A stretch of DNA of 64,000 bases from Candidatus Babeliales bacterium. GTDB lineage: Bacteria > Babelota > Babeliae > Babelales > JANWKD01. Positions 50,918 through 60,419 of the stretch are shown here, piece by piece (the stretch's first letter is position 1; each line of letters opens with the position of its first letter). The stretch spans positions 512,001-576,000 of the forward strand of contig CAVXJH010000003.1 of assembly GCA_963762115.1 (NCBI GenBank). The letters are read 5' to 3'. The translations under genes were made by a program, and so were the position numbers. Below the pieces are notes generated by a model. It was given only the letters and a program-made list of their open reading frames with translations. It was not told the DNA's origin and did not search any database.

Positions 50918-51886
50918 CTAAATTTCATCTAAAAAATCAGCTAATTTTTTCTTTTCAAAAAGAACATCATAAAGAGCGGAAAATAGAGGCACTGTTATTG
51001 CGTGCGCAATAATAAGTTGCTGCAATGAAGCAAGAGTATTAATGCTCTCAGGAACGGCATGCATTGTTGCTAAAATTGCTTCCAACGATTCCCCAGCACC
51101 CAAGCGTCGGCCAACTTCTCTGTTGCGACTCTTCTGACCATACGAAGTTAATACAATATCACCAATGCCAGCCAACCCAAAAACTGTTTCTTTGTTACCA
51201 CCAAGCGCAATAACCAACTGCATTAACTCATGTAACAACTTAGTAAGTGTCGATGCTTTTGTTGATTCAGAATAACCAGCGCCATCAAGCATGCCAAGTA
51301 ATAAAGCAATACAATTTTTTAGAGCACCACAAAATTGTACACCAATCACATCCGCCGTTAAAGACAAGCGAAAATAGGCATTAGAAAGTAATTGTTCTAC
51401 TTGAGTAAGGAGTATATGATCTGATGATGCACAACTCACTGCAACGACCTGCTTCTTGGCAATATCATGCGCAAAACTTGGACCAGAAATAACTGCTTTT
51501 TTTACTGCATACCCAAAAACATCATCAAGAATTTGTGAAGGTAGTAACAAAGTATTTTGTTCAATGCCTTTACTCAAGAATATCCATGTTTGATCGCGAT
51601 GTGCATAATTTTTTGCTTGAATAAGAACGGAACGCAAAAATTGCGTTGGAATAGCTTCGAAAATATATGAACTTTCTTTAAGTGCTTGTTGAATATCATG
51701 CGTCGGCATAATACGCTCATCAAGAATAACGCCTGGCAAATATTTTTTATTTTCTCTTGTTGTTAGAATTTGTGCAGGAATATCAGCATTATGACACCAC
51801 AAATGCACCATATGCCCGTTATTGGCAAGCAGTGTTGCAAATGCTGTACCAAAAGCACCTTCTCCTAAAACAGTAACGTTGCTCAT
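50918..51886 (-). CDS. gpsA: NAD(P)H-dependent glycerol-3-phosphate dehydrogenase
   Basis: GEGAFGTA, SKGIE, SGPSFA, GALKN, GLAGIGD, SRN. Confidence 0.95.
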   Translation of the reverse strand: MSNVTVLGEGAFGTAFATLLANNGHMVHLWCHNADIPAQILTTRENKKYLPGVILDERIMPTHDIQQALKESSYIFEAIPTQFLRSVLIQAKNYAHRDQTWIFLSKGIEQNTLLLPSQILDDVFGYAVKKAVISGPSFAHDIAKKQVVAVSCASSDHILLTQVEQLLSNAYFRLSLTADVIGVQFCGALKNCIALLLGMLDGAGYSESTKASTLTKLLHELMQLVIALGGNKETVFGLAGIGDIVLTSYGQKSRNREVGRRLGAGESLEAILATMHAVPESINTLASLQQLIIAHAITVPLFSALYDVLFEKKKLADFLDEI

Positions 51887-52572
51887 CCGCCAAGATTCCT
51901 CTGTATTCTATTAAATTCAGTTAAAGCTCCTTGCAAATCTTGCTCAGTGATATCGGGCCATAAACAATCTAAAAAATAAAGTTCACTATAAGCAGCTTGA
52001 TACAACAAAAAATTACTTAATCGTTTTGTGCCGCCTGTGCGAATGATTAATTCTGGTTCGGGAATATTGCCCATCCACAAATACTTTTTAAAAAGATCTT
52101 CAGTAAAATCTTCCAAGACAAGAAGACCATTCTTTATATGAGAAAGAACTTTTTTCACCGCGCCAAAAATTTCCTGTTGACCGCCATAACAAAACAAAAG
52201 ATTGAGATGTAACCGTGAACAATCTTTTGTTTTATCTTGCATAAAAAAAATAGTTTCTTTTACTGCTTCGGGAAATAATGTTTCATCACCAATAAAATGA
52301 ATGCGTACTCCTTGTTCAATATACTGCACAACATTATCACGCAAAACTCGTACCAACAATGAAAAAAGATGAGAAATTTCTTGCTCAGATCGCTTAAAAT
52401 TTTCAATGGAGAAGGTATATAATGAAACATATTTAATGTCTTGATCTAAGGCAAATTGAATAACGCGTTTTACCGACTCAGCCCCTTGATTATGACCAAG
52501 CCATGGCCGCAATCCTTGCTTTTTTGCCCACCGTCGATTGCCATCCATTATGCATGCTAAATGCTGTATCAT
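51883..52572 (-). CDS. uppS: Undecaprenyl diphosphate synthase
   Basis: HLACIMDGNRRWA, FSIENFKR, IRTGG..RLSNFLL. Confidence 0.95.
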   Translation of the reverse strand: MIQHLACIMDGNRRWAKKQGLRPWLGHNQGAESVKRVIQFALDQDIKYVSLYTFSIENFKRSEQEISHLFSLLVRVLRDNVVQYIEQGVRIHFIGDETLFPEAVKETIFFMQDKTKDCSRLHLNLLFCYGGQQEIFGAVKKVLSHIKNGLLVLEDFTEDLFKKYLWMGNIPEPELIIRTGGTKRLSNFLLYQAAYSELYFLDCLWPDITEQDLQGALTEFNRIQRNLGG

Positions 52573-52604
52573 AACACTTCGAGTCCTTCATCTTTGCCCG
52601 TTAA

Positions 52605-53255
52605 TTAGATGTTTGAACTGGCAGGCACTCTTGCAAATCCATGAACGAATTTTTCTAGATGTTTCACTGCATACCCGCCAACTGCATGCAGTATAATCAT
52701 ACCACTACACAAGAGCAAGCGCTCAACAGCAACAACTGGCATGAGAGCATACCAATATGCCGGAACTGTTGGCAAAGTATAAATCCACAGAACTGAACCC
52801 ACAGCATGAGCAACAAAAGTGCTACCAAGAGCTTGAACAATAATGCTTTTATGTGAAAAAAAATAGAGCACAATAGGAATTAACCAATACAACGTATAAA
52901 AAGGCACCTGATAACCGATTGGATGCATAATAAAGAGTATCATGCAGAGTAACGGCACAAAAAGACGAATTAAGGCACTGGAAGAAGCCCAATAAGCAGA
53001 TGCAAAAATGGTGGGAATGTGATATGATAAAGGAGTAAAGAATCCTACTCCTGTGATTAATCGACGAAGTAAAAATAACGCCAAACCTAAAAATGAAAAG
53101 CTCTGAATTCCTGTTAGCGGCCCTATTAAATTAATACCGGAAAAATAAAAAGAATGCGCTCCAAACAAGTAGCTAATGCGAATAAAACGGGACAATTCAC
53201 AGAGAATATACACCGAGAATACCTGCGCAACACTACGGAATGATTTATTAATCAT
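52605..53255 (-). CDS. Multi-pass membrane protein
   Basis: About six hydrophobic helices. Confidence 0.7.
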   Translation of the reverse strand: MINKSFRSVAQVFSVYILCELSRFIRISYLFGAHSFYFSGINLIGPLTGIQSFSFLGLALFLLRRLITGVGFFTPLSYHIPTIFASAYWASSSALIRLFVPLLCMILFIMHPIGYQVPFYTLYWLIPIVLYFFSHKSIIVQALGSTFVAHAVGSVLWIYTLPTVPAYWYALMPVVAVERLLLCSGMIILHAVGGYAVKHLEKFVHGFARVPASSNI

Positions 53256-53355
53256 AGCGATAACCTTTACCTTAATACATTAATAACATTGGAAATTTTT
53301 ATCTTTAGCTTATCATCAATAGTCATATTCAACAATAGTAAAAGAAAGGAATATA

Positions 53356-54030
53356 ATGCACTATAAAGCAATTATTTTCGATATGGATGGTACCATTATT
53401 GACACCACCCTTATTTGGAAACAAGCAACAAAAAATCTTGTTACCGCCCATGGTATTGATTTTGATCCTGAACAACATCGAGATTTAACGGCCAAACTGC
53501 ACGGACTTGGCATGAGAGAAAGTTGTTCACTTATTAAAAATCATTTTAATTTGACGGCTTCAGTAACCTCACTCATGGAAGAAAAATCACACTTAGCGGC
53601 TGACTTATATCAAAAAAATGTTTGTTTTATTGAAGGATTCCAACAATTTCATATGCAGGTCAAAGAAGCACAACTCAAAACAGGCATCGCAACAAACGCC
53701 GATGATGTCACCCTCAAAATTACCAATTCGATTTTGAATTTGGAGCAATTTTTTGGTGAACATATTTATAGCATTTCGCAAGTTAACTATATTTGTAAAC
53801 CCGATCCTGCTATTTATTTGCTTGCCGCAAAAAAACTTAATGTTGATCCAAAAGAATGCATTGCCATCGAAGATTCTGCTCACGGCGTTGAAGCTGCAAA
53901 AAAAGCGGGGATCTTTTGTATCGGTATTAATACCGGCAAAAATAGAGCCAATGTACAACATTCTGATTTAATTATTGATTCGTATGATGAATTGGAATTA
54001 GCAACGTTACTGAGTAAAAAAACAGAATAG
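53356..54030 (+). CDS. HAD-IA hydrolase (beta-phosphoglucomutase/CbbY-like)
   Basis: FDMDGT, KPDPAIY, IEDS..GV.AA. Confidence 0.9.
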   Translation: MHYKAIIFDMDGTIIDTTLIWKQATKNLVTAHGIDFDPEQHRDLTAKLHGLGMRESCSLIKNHFNLTASVTSLMEEKSHLAADLYQKNVCFIEGFQQFHMQVKEAQLKTGIATNADDVTLKITNSILNLEQFFGEHIYSISQVNYICKPDPAIYLLAAKKLNVDPKECIAIEDSAHGVEAAKKAGIFCIGINTGKNRANVQHSDLIIDSYDELELATLLSKKTE

Positions 54031-54116
54031 TATATAATTCTTACATTTCGTATTGTGCATACAGTACTCTTATTCTTAAGGGACAATACTCTTTTTGTAG
54101 GGGGGTACTTATAGCT

Positions 54117-54752
54117 ATGCAGTCAAATAAAAAATATTCTGCCATTGCTTTTGATTTACACGATGTGCTTTTTGCACGCGATTATAAAAAAATGCTCTAT
54201 TTAATGCTGACAACACCGGGTAAATTAAAAATAATCATCACCCTCTTTAATCCACGCTTTCTTTATGATGTACTATGTTTATATCGAAAAACGCGCGTAG
54301 CAGAAGAATATATTCTCACGTTGGGAGCAAAATATCCTTTATTGAAACCACATATTGATCGTGGCATCGCTATCACCAACTCCTTGTTACCATGCAATGA
54401 ACTTTTTCATATCACCCAGCAGCTCAAGGAACACGGCTATTCATTGTATATTTTCTCTAACATTGGCAAAAAAACCTACCATGAATTATTGAAAATACAT
54501 GCACCACTTTTTACCCTCTTTGACGGCATTCATTACACGCATGAAAATAATAATTGGCTCCAAAAGCCATTACCAAATGCATATCATCATTTTATAAAAC
54601 GTTTTAATCTTAAACCATCTGAAGTTGTATTTATCGATGACAGCAAAAAAAATAGTAATGCGGCACAATCATGCGGCATTACGGCAATACACTATAAATC
54701 AGTTGATCAACTACGCAACTCATTTTTGCATTTGGGCATTTTACCAACTTAA
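54117..54752 (+). CDS. HAD-family hydrolase
   Basis: FDLHDV, FSN, KP, FIDDS..N. Confidence 0.85.
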   Translation: MQSNKKYSAIAFDLHDVLFARDYKKMLYLMLTTPGKLKIIITLFNPRFLYDVLCLYRKTRVAEEYILTLGAKYPLLKPHIDRGIAITNSLLPCNELFHITQQLKEHGYSLYIFSNIGKKTYHELLKIHAPLFTLFDGIHYTHENNNWLQKPLPNAYHHFIKRFNLKPSEVVFIDDSKKNSNAAQSCGITAIHYKSVDQLRNSFLHLGILPT

Positions 54753-54798
54753 TAAATAGTCAATGCAAATGTGGCAAGTAAAATATCAAAAATCTAAA

Positions 54799-54936
54799 TG
54801 TCATTGCGAGGAGCATTGCGACGTGGCAACCCAGATTATAATGTTCTAATAAAAAAATCTTTGAAAAAGTTTAAGGAAAATCAGTAGGATTTTATATGCT
54901 GGGTTGCCACGCCAACAATGTTGGCTCGCAATGACA
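54799..54936. repeat. Gene-less inverted REP doublet (REPIN-like)
   Basis: 54799-54834 faces 54899-54936; the right unit is identical to the cassette-1 REP at 21299-21336. Confidence 0.85.
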
Positions 54937-55008
54937 CTCCTGTTATTAATATTTTTTTTGTTATAGCGCAAGCACTTTGTATTTCAAATTTTTTTCTTCA
55001 AACTCGCA

Positions 55009-55314
55009 TTAATCTTGCGTGAACCACTGCTCCACTCTAAAACAACAACCCACAAAAAAAGAAAAACCTTCATTCAGGACAACATCAATTTTTTCATCAA
55101 CACCCATTTCAGCACCTTCAAACAAACGCAAAACGGCTTGTGACGCTGATAATACTGGCATAAATTCATTAAACTCAACTTCATCTTCATCTTGATTATT
55201 GCGAAGATATTTTCCTACACCTGGTGGAGAATCATCAGAAGATAATTCCATCGGCAAAACATACATTTGAAAAGAAAGTATTAACACTAACGTTACAGAC
55301 ATATTTTTTTTCAT
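55009..55314 (-). CDS. Small secreted acidic protein
   Basis: MKKNMSVTLVLILSFQMYVLP-ME. Confidence 0.55.
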   Translation of the reverse strand: MKKNMSVTLVLILSFQMYVLPMELSSDDSPPGVGKYLRNNQDEDEVEFNEFMPVLSASQAVLRLFEGAEMGVDEKIDVVLNEGFSFFVGCCFRVEQWFTQD

Positions 55315-55408
55315 AGCAGGCATTCGTTTTTGTAAAAATATAAAAAACTTGTCTTTCTTAAGAGTTATTTTGTACATTTTTATTAAAATTACCCGTGAAA
55401 GGCAATCA

Positions 55409-56608
55409 ATGATATATAAAAATATAAAAAATATTCGGTTCTCATTTGTATTCTTTTTTTTCTTTTTTGTACAGAATAATATCTCGCATGCGTCAGAAAC
55501 TACTCAAAAAAATGATGTGCAATGGACTATTATTGGTGCAGGGCCAGCTGGTATTATCGTGGTTAGTTTATTGTTAGATTTAGGCATCCCCCCAAAAAGC
55601 ATTGCGTGGGTTGATCCAGAATTTAATGTTGGACGATTAGGAAAATATTATACAACAGTGCCAGGCAACAGCCAAACAAAAGTGTTTATTGAATTTATTA
55701 ACTCATGCAAAGTATTTCAATGTTGCAACCCATCGAGCATTTGTATAATAAATTCCTATGGCCCTGATGATGACTATCCCCTCAATATTATTGTTGAACC
55801 ACTTCAAACAATCACCAATTATATTTGTACGCAAGTAACAACCTATACCTCAGAACTCAAATCGCTAGAATTTAATGATGAATCATGGCATGTAGGAACA
55901 ACTCATGAACTCTTTACTTCACATAATGTTGTTCTGGCGACCGGTTCTCATCCAAAAACATTATCATATACATCTAATCAAGAAATCCCCTTAGATCTTG
56001 CCCTTGATAAAAATACCCTTGCCACTTTAGTTACCACTGAAGATTCAGTTGCTGTTGTTGGCGGTTCACATTCTGCAATTCTAATTTTAAAATATCTGAC
56101 CGAACTCAACGTAAAACGCATTATTAATTTTTATAAAAACCCTTTATGTTATTCCTATGAAGCTGATGGCATTTATTATAATGCAACCGATGGACTTAAA
56201 GGAACAGCGGCACGATGGGCACAACAAGTATTAGAAAAAAATTGTCCTGCACATTTGATGCGCATAAAAAATACCCCCGAAGCCTTAGAAGCATGGCTTC
56301 CCGTTTGCAATAAAATAATCTATGCAATAGGCTACGAACGCAATCAATTACCAACAATTAATGGAATGCCAAACACACTCTATGATGCATACAATGCCAC
56401 TTCCGGTGTTATTGGGCCTCGCTTATTTGGCATTGGCATTGCATTTCCTGAACAATTTATTGATCAAACAGGAACACCTCAACTTGGCATTGGATTAATT
56501 GATTTTATGCAGTATGCTCAATGTGTGTTGCCCGAATGGATGCAAACAAAACAAGGATTAGCGCAATTTGCCTACTTTGCGCAATTGTTCTCAATTGCAC
56601 AACTATAA
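55409..56608 (+). CDS. Exported FAD/NAD(P)-binding oxidoreductase
   Basis: IIGAGPAG, LATGS, VVGGSHSA, AIGY. Confidence 0.8.
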   Translation: MIYKNIKNIRFSFVFFFFFFVQNNISHASETTQKNDVQWTIIGAGPAGIIVVSLLLDLGIPPKSIAWVDPEFNVGRLGKYYTTVPGNSQTKVFIEFINSCKVFQCCNPSSICIINSYGPDDDYPLNIIVEPLQTITNYICTQVTTYTSELKSLEFNDESWHVGTTHELFTSHNVVLATGSHPKTLSYTSNQEIPLDLALDKNTLATLVTTEDSVAVVGGSHSAILILKYLTELNVKRIINFYKNPLCYSYEADGIYYNATDGLKGTAARWAQQVLEKNCPAHLMRIKNTPEALEAWLPVCNKIIYAIGYERNQLPTINGMPNTLYDAYNATSGVIGPRLFGIGIAFPEQFIDQTGTPQLGIGLIDFMQYAQCVLPEWMQTKQGLAQFAYFAQLFSIAQL

Positions 56609-56633
56609 GGGCGTAAATCATAGTAGGATATGC

Positions 56634-57518
56634 ATGCAAATCAAAAAAATAGTTTCTCTCTTAAGAGCATGTATCATACTAATCTTCTGGCAAATGCCCT
56701 ATGCTTATTGTCAAGATGTTGGTGATATATTAGAAGCACAAATGGGTGGACCCAATCCCTTATTTAGTATTGGTCATAACGTACAAAAAAAACATCATGG
56801 CATGCTACGCTCTACCTCATTCTATGAAGAACGAGACCAAAGCCAATCATTGTTTGTTTCATATAATGGTATTTTTTATGGCATTACCGACAACTTTACG
56901 ATGTATGCACGCTTACCCTGCGTCAGAGAACGTAAAACATCAAATTTAAAATCAACGGGGATTGGCAACTTACAAATACAAGGAGAATGGGCATTCTATA
57001 ATGAACGGGTTGACGATAGCTTTAATCAAGTTACCGTTCTAGCAGCTATTCGTTTACCAACCTCCACCGTTGAATTTCCTGGTCTTGATACCTTCAAAGC
57101 AACTAATTTCCTTTTTGGGCTTACAACCAGTAATTGGTCCGAAAAATGGCATCTCTATAGTGATTGTGGTTACTTAGTATTTACAACGCATCAACATTTC
57201 AAACTAGGAAATGCTTTTGTTTATAATTTAGGGCTAGGACGCATCATTGGGTCACGCCCTTTAAAAGATGACGGCATTCTTTATTTTGAATTAATCGCTG
57301 ATATGAACGGCCTCTATGAACAACCAAGCATCCTGGATAAAAAAGATGTTTTCAAAACGGGTGGCCATGTTCTTTTTGTCGGACCAACGTTTCGCTTCTC
57401 TGTCCCTTCGTTTGTTTTGCTCGGAGGATTACAATACCCAATTAGTCAACGAATAAAAAATCCACTTTTTACCAAAACAAATTATAAAATGGGAATTTCT
57501 CTCTCATGGCTTTTTTAA
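56634..57518 (+). CDS. Putative outer-membrane beta-barrel (transporter-like)
   Basis: Signal peptide, alternating beta strands, YGITD, G.GNL, C-terminal Phe. Confidence 0.65.
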   Translation: MQIKKIVSLLRACIILIFWQMPYAYCQDVGDILEAQMGGPNPLFSIGHNVQKKHHGMLRSTSFYEERDQSQSLFVSYNGIFYGITDNFTMYARLPCVRERKTSNLKSTGIGNLQIQGEWAFYNERVDDSFNQVTVLAAIRLPTSTVEFPGLDTFKATNFLFGLTTSNWSEKWHLYSDCGYLVFTTHQHFKLGNAFVYNLGLGRIIGSRPLKDDGILYFELIADMNGLYEQPSILDKKDVFKTGGHVLFVGPTFRFSVPSFVLLGGLQYPISQRIKNPLFTKTNYKMGISLSWLF

Positions 57519-58366
57519 TATCGCTCTCTACCCTTTTTTTTATTTTTATGCTTTCATGGGCACCAGTATCATGCACTGATACCAACAATAAAAATTCCTT
57601 ATTACAAGGGCCTGGGCCGATATTTAGTTTGGGTCACAATATTTTTCCCAAAAATCAACTTGTTGTAGAAGAAGAATTATTTTTTGTAAAAATAAAGCCA
57701 AACAACAACTCACTCTTGATTAACTTCAACAATATATATTACGGCATAACCAATCGATTAAGCATTCTTGTTACTATACCAGTTATTCTTAAAGAAATAA
57801 AAATCCCCCATAAACACTCGCGCGGCTTAGGCAATCTTATAGCACAAGCAGAATATGCATTTTACGAAAAAAAAGAAGTCGATGCACTGTTTCAATGGAC
57901 CGTACTTGGTAATGTTGTTATTCCCACCACACGTATTGTAGCTAACACCGATGTTATTACCACGCGAGCTCCAAGCTTTTTTTGCGGAATTACCACTAAT
58001 AATTTATCTTCAGTCTGGTATACCTACAGCGATATTGGTGTATTTTTTACTACAAAAAGACATCAATTCAAACTGGGCAATCAACTATGGTATGGATTAG
58101 GCGGTGGAAGAAAATTATATACCCACAATAAACTTACGCTAACGGGTCTGATTGAAATGAGCGGTATTTATGAAAGACCTGATAAAATTGGAAAAAAGAC
58201 TGATTTAAAAACAGGCGGCAACCGTTTATATTTAGGGCCAACATTACGAATATATTATGGCTCTTTAGTATTGATTGGCGGGTTTCAATATGCAATTGCT
58301 GATGTTTCTCGAGAAGATATTTCATTTAAATACCGAAGCGTTTTTTCAGCATCATATGTTTTCTAA
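57506..58366 (+). CDS. Putative outer-membrane beta-barrel, tandem paralogue
   Basis: Shares GP.P.FS.GHN, YGIT, FKLGN, TGG..L..GPT; C-terminal Phe. Confidence 0.65.
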   Translation: MAFLISLSTLFFIFMLSWAPVSCTDTNNKNSLLQGPGPIFSLGHNIFPKNQLVVEEELFFVKIKPNNNSLLINFNNIYYGITNRLSILVTIPVILKEIKIPHKHSRGLGNLIAQAEYAFYEKKEVDALFQWTVLGNVVIPTTRIVANTDVITTRAPSFFCGITTNNLSSVWYTYSDIGVFFTTKRHQFKLGNQLWYGLGGGRKLYTHNKLTLTGLIEMSGIYERPDKIGKKTDLKTGGNRLYLGPTLRIYYGSLVLIGGFQYAIADVSREDISFKYRSVFSASYVF

Positions 58367-59076
58367 CGATGTTTAATACATGATAAAATAACTTTTACTT
58401 AATGTAAGTTCGGTTAAATAGTAAGCATAAAACAAAAGATTTGAAACCTGTAATGTCATTCCGAGGCACATTGTGCCGTGGGAACCCAGATCATGATGTT
58501 CTATTAGAGCTTATCCGAAACTTAAGTATCATAAAGAAAACTATGCAAAAGAAAGAGGATGTCATTCAGAGTTCGCGTTTTGCGCGGACGTGGAATCCAG
58601 TTTAATTAGGTTTTTATATTGTCATTCGTTCCAATTCGTGACAAATTGTCAGGATCTGAGAGCAACTATATTATAAAAAATAAATTATTGAATCCAGTTT
58701 AAATTAAAATTTTATTTCATTATTTAAGACTTTTGTGTACAAAAAAACCTAATTAAAAACAACAAAAAACTCACTTTTTCTGGTGATTAAATTCATAGTT
58801 TTTTCTATTAATATAAAGATCTTGTAATGCATTATCCAATCAGTGTTTTCAGCGAGTTAACCTGTAAAATTATTTCTATTGATTTTTATAAAAATCTATA
58901 TAGAGTTACCATCTAATAATTCTAAAAGCTACGGTTAGTAATGAAGCAAGCAAGTTAAACACTATTACAATCGTAGGAGTATTCTATGTTTATTCATATA
59001 TAACGCATTTTTAATTAATTTTTTTTATTCAAAAATACATTTTTTATTTAAACAAAAAATCGAAAGTACATTCACT

Positions 59077-59655
59077 ATGAAGGTAACATCAAAAATATTA
59101 TTACTATCTTTATTCGCTATTCCTTTTGCACAAGCAATGGAAGAACTTTCTTCTGGTAAACTTACTCAGATAAAAAAATCGTCATTATTTGCTACACATG
59201 ATGTTGGTGAAATAGATCTTTTTCATAATGATAAAGGATTCCATGTTGTTCACAATGACGAAGTTCATTCCATAGATAAACTTTCCGTAGACCCTGTTTT
59301 AAGAACTCTTAAACATAAACAACTTAAAAAATTCCAAAAAATTGGTTATATTCAAGTAAAAAAGAATAACCATAATGAATTTTCTCTTGTATCAAAAGTA
59401 AGAGGAAATGGCGGTGGCGCTGGCGGAGCAACAGCAGGTTTCTGGGCAGGAAAATGGGTTACTCATGCGGTTGCTCAAACTGTTTATGCACTGGCAGCTA
59501 CAGGAACTACCATAGTAACTGGAGGAAATCTTGCGGCTGGCGCTGTTGTTTGGGCGTCATTACAATCTACATTTGCATTACCTGTAGAAGCAGCTAGTAA
59601 TGTAATAGGATGTGCCGCTGGTATTGCTGGTGGTGCCGCTACGGGTCTTATTTAA
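59077..59655 (+). CDS. Secreted protein with RGNGG junction and Gly-zipper hydrophobic C-terminus
   Basis: Signal FAQA-ME; LVSKVRGNGG followed by about 80 aa rich in Gly, Ala and Thr. Confidence 0.8.
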   Translation: MKVTSKILLLSLFAIPFAQAMEELSSGKLTQIKKSSLFATHDVGEIDLFHNDKGFHVVHNDEVHSIDKLSVDPVLRTLKHKQLKKFQKIGYIQVKKNNHNEFSLVSKVRGNGGGAGGATAGFWAGKWVTHAVAQTVYALAATGTTIVTGGNLAAGAVVWASLQSTFALPVEAASNVIGCAAGIAGGAATGLI

Positions 59656-59674
59656 ATAAGGAGATATAATATCT

Positions 59675-59767
59675 ATGTGGTATTGGTATGAATTAGTTAT
59701 GATTGGACTTTTATCAATGATAGTAGTTTATTATATAAAATTATATTTATGGGAATATAAAAAATGA
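59675..59767 (+). CDS. 30-aa hydrophobic peptide
   Basis: aggag upstream; MWYWYELVMIGLLSMIVVYYIKLYLWEYKK*. Confidence 0.5.
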   Translation: MWYWYELVMIGLLSMIVVYYIKLYLWEYKK

Positions 59768-59898
59768 CCCAAAATATGCATATCTTTATTGCATTCATTA
59801 TTTTATTTATTCTTTGGCATCTTCTTTTAAAGAAACATTTCTTTATACAAAAAGAAGCTGATTTTTGGCAAGAATATTTTAAAGATAAATTTTTTTAA
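59764..59898 (+). CDS. 44-aa single-TM peptide
   Basis: ATGA overlap; MTQNMHIFIAFIILFILWHLLLKKHFFIQKEADFWQEYFKDKFF*; hairpin at 59930-59966 follows. Confidence 0.45.
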   Translation: MTQNMHIFIAFIILFILWHLLLKKHFFIQKEADFWQEYFKDKFF

Positions 59899-60008
59899 TA
59901 TACAAATTAATCAATATCTACAATAAACGTTCCCTACTCTATCAATATCGTTTATAGAGTAGGGAATTTTGTGCTTAAACAACATCTTATGCGCCAAATA
60001 AAAATCAA

Positions 60009-60419
60009 GTGACTGGAATAATTCTTCATGATATTATAATTAAGAAAGATACAAAAACCCACATTAGGGAATTAATGATAACATTGTTTGAATCGTTCCT
60101 ATCGCAGATAGAAATATTAGCAATCGGCTTACTACTTTTTACCTTAAAGCATATTATTAGCGGCGATGAAAGAGCAATGCTTGATGCGTTGCCGGATAGT
60201 TTTAGAAGAGATCTCAAAAACAAATATTACCAGACATTTTTTATAGTGTTATGGTTTGGTTTTTTTACCTGGCTTGGCTATTACATTCAAAAGCCGCGCT
60301 ATGGTATTTGGAGCTATTTATTTGCTTATGATAATAAGTTGTTTTGGTTAATACTATTTTTAACGATTGTAACACGTGTCGGAATGTGGTTATATGATCG
60401 CTTTTATCCTACTGATTGA
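60009..60419 (+). CDS. Small 3-TM membrane protein (true start may be later, at MITLF)
   Basis: Three hydrophobic helices; terminator at 60447-60485. Confidence 0.65.
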   Translation: MTGIILHDIIIKKDTKTHIRELMITLFESFLSQIEILAIGLLLFTLKHIISGDERAMLDALPDSFRRDLKNKYYQTFFIVLWFGFFTWLGYYIQKPRYGIWSYLFAYDNKLFWLILFLTIVTRVGMWLYDRFYPTD

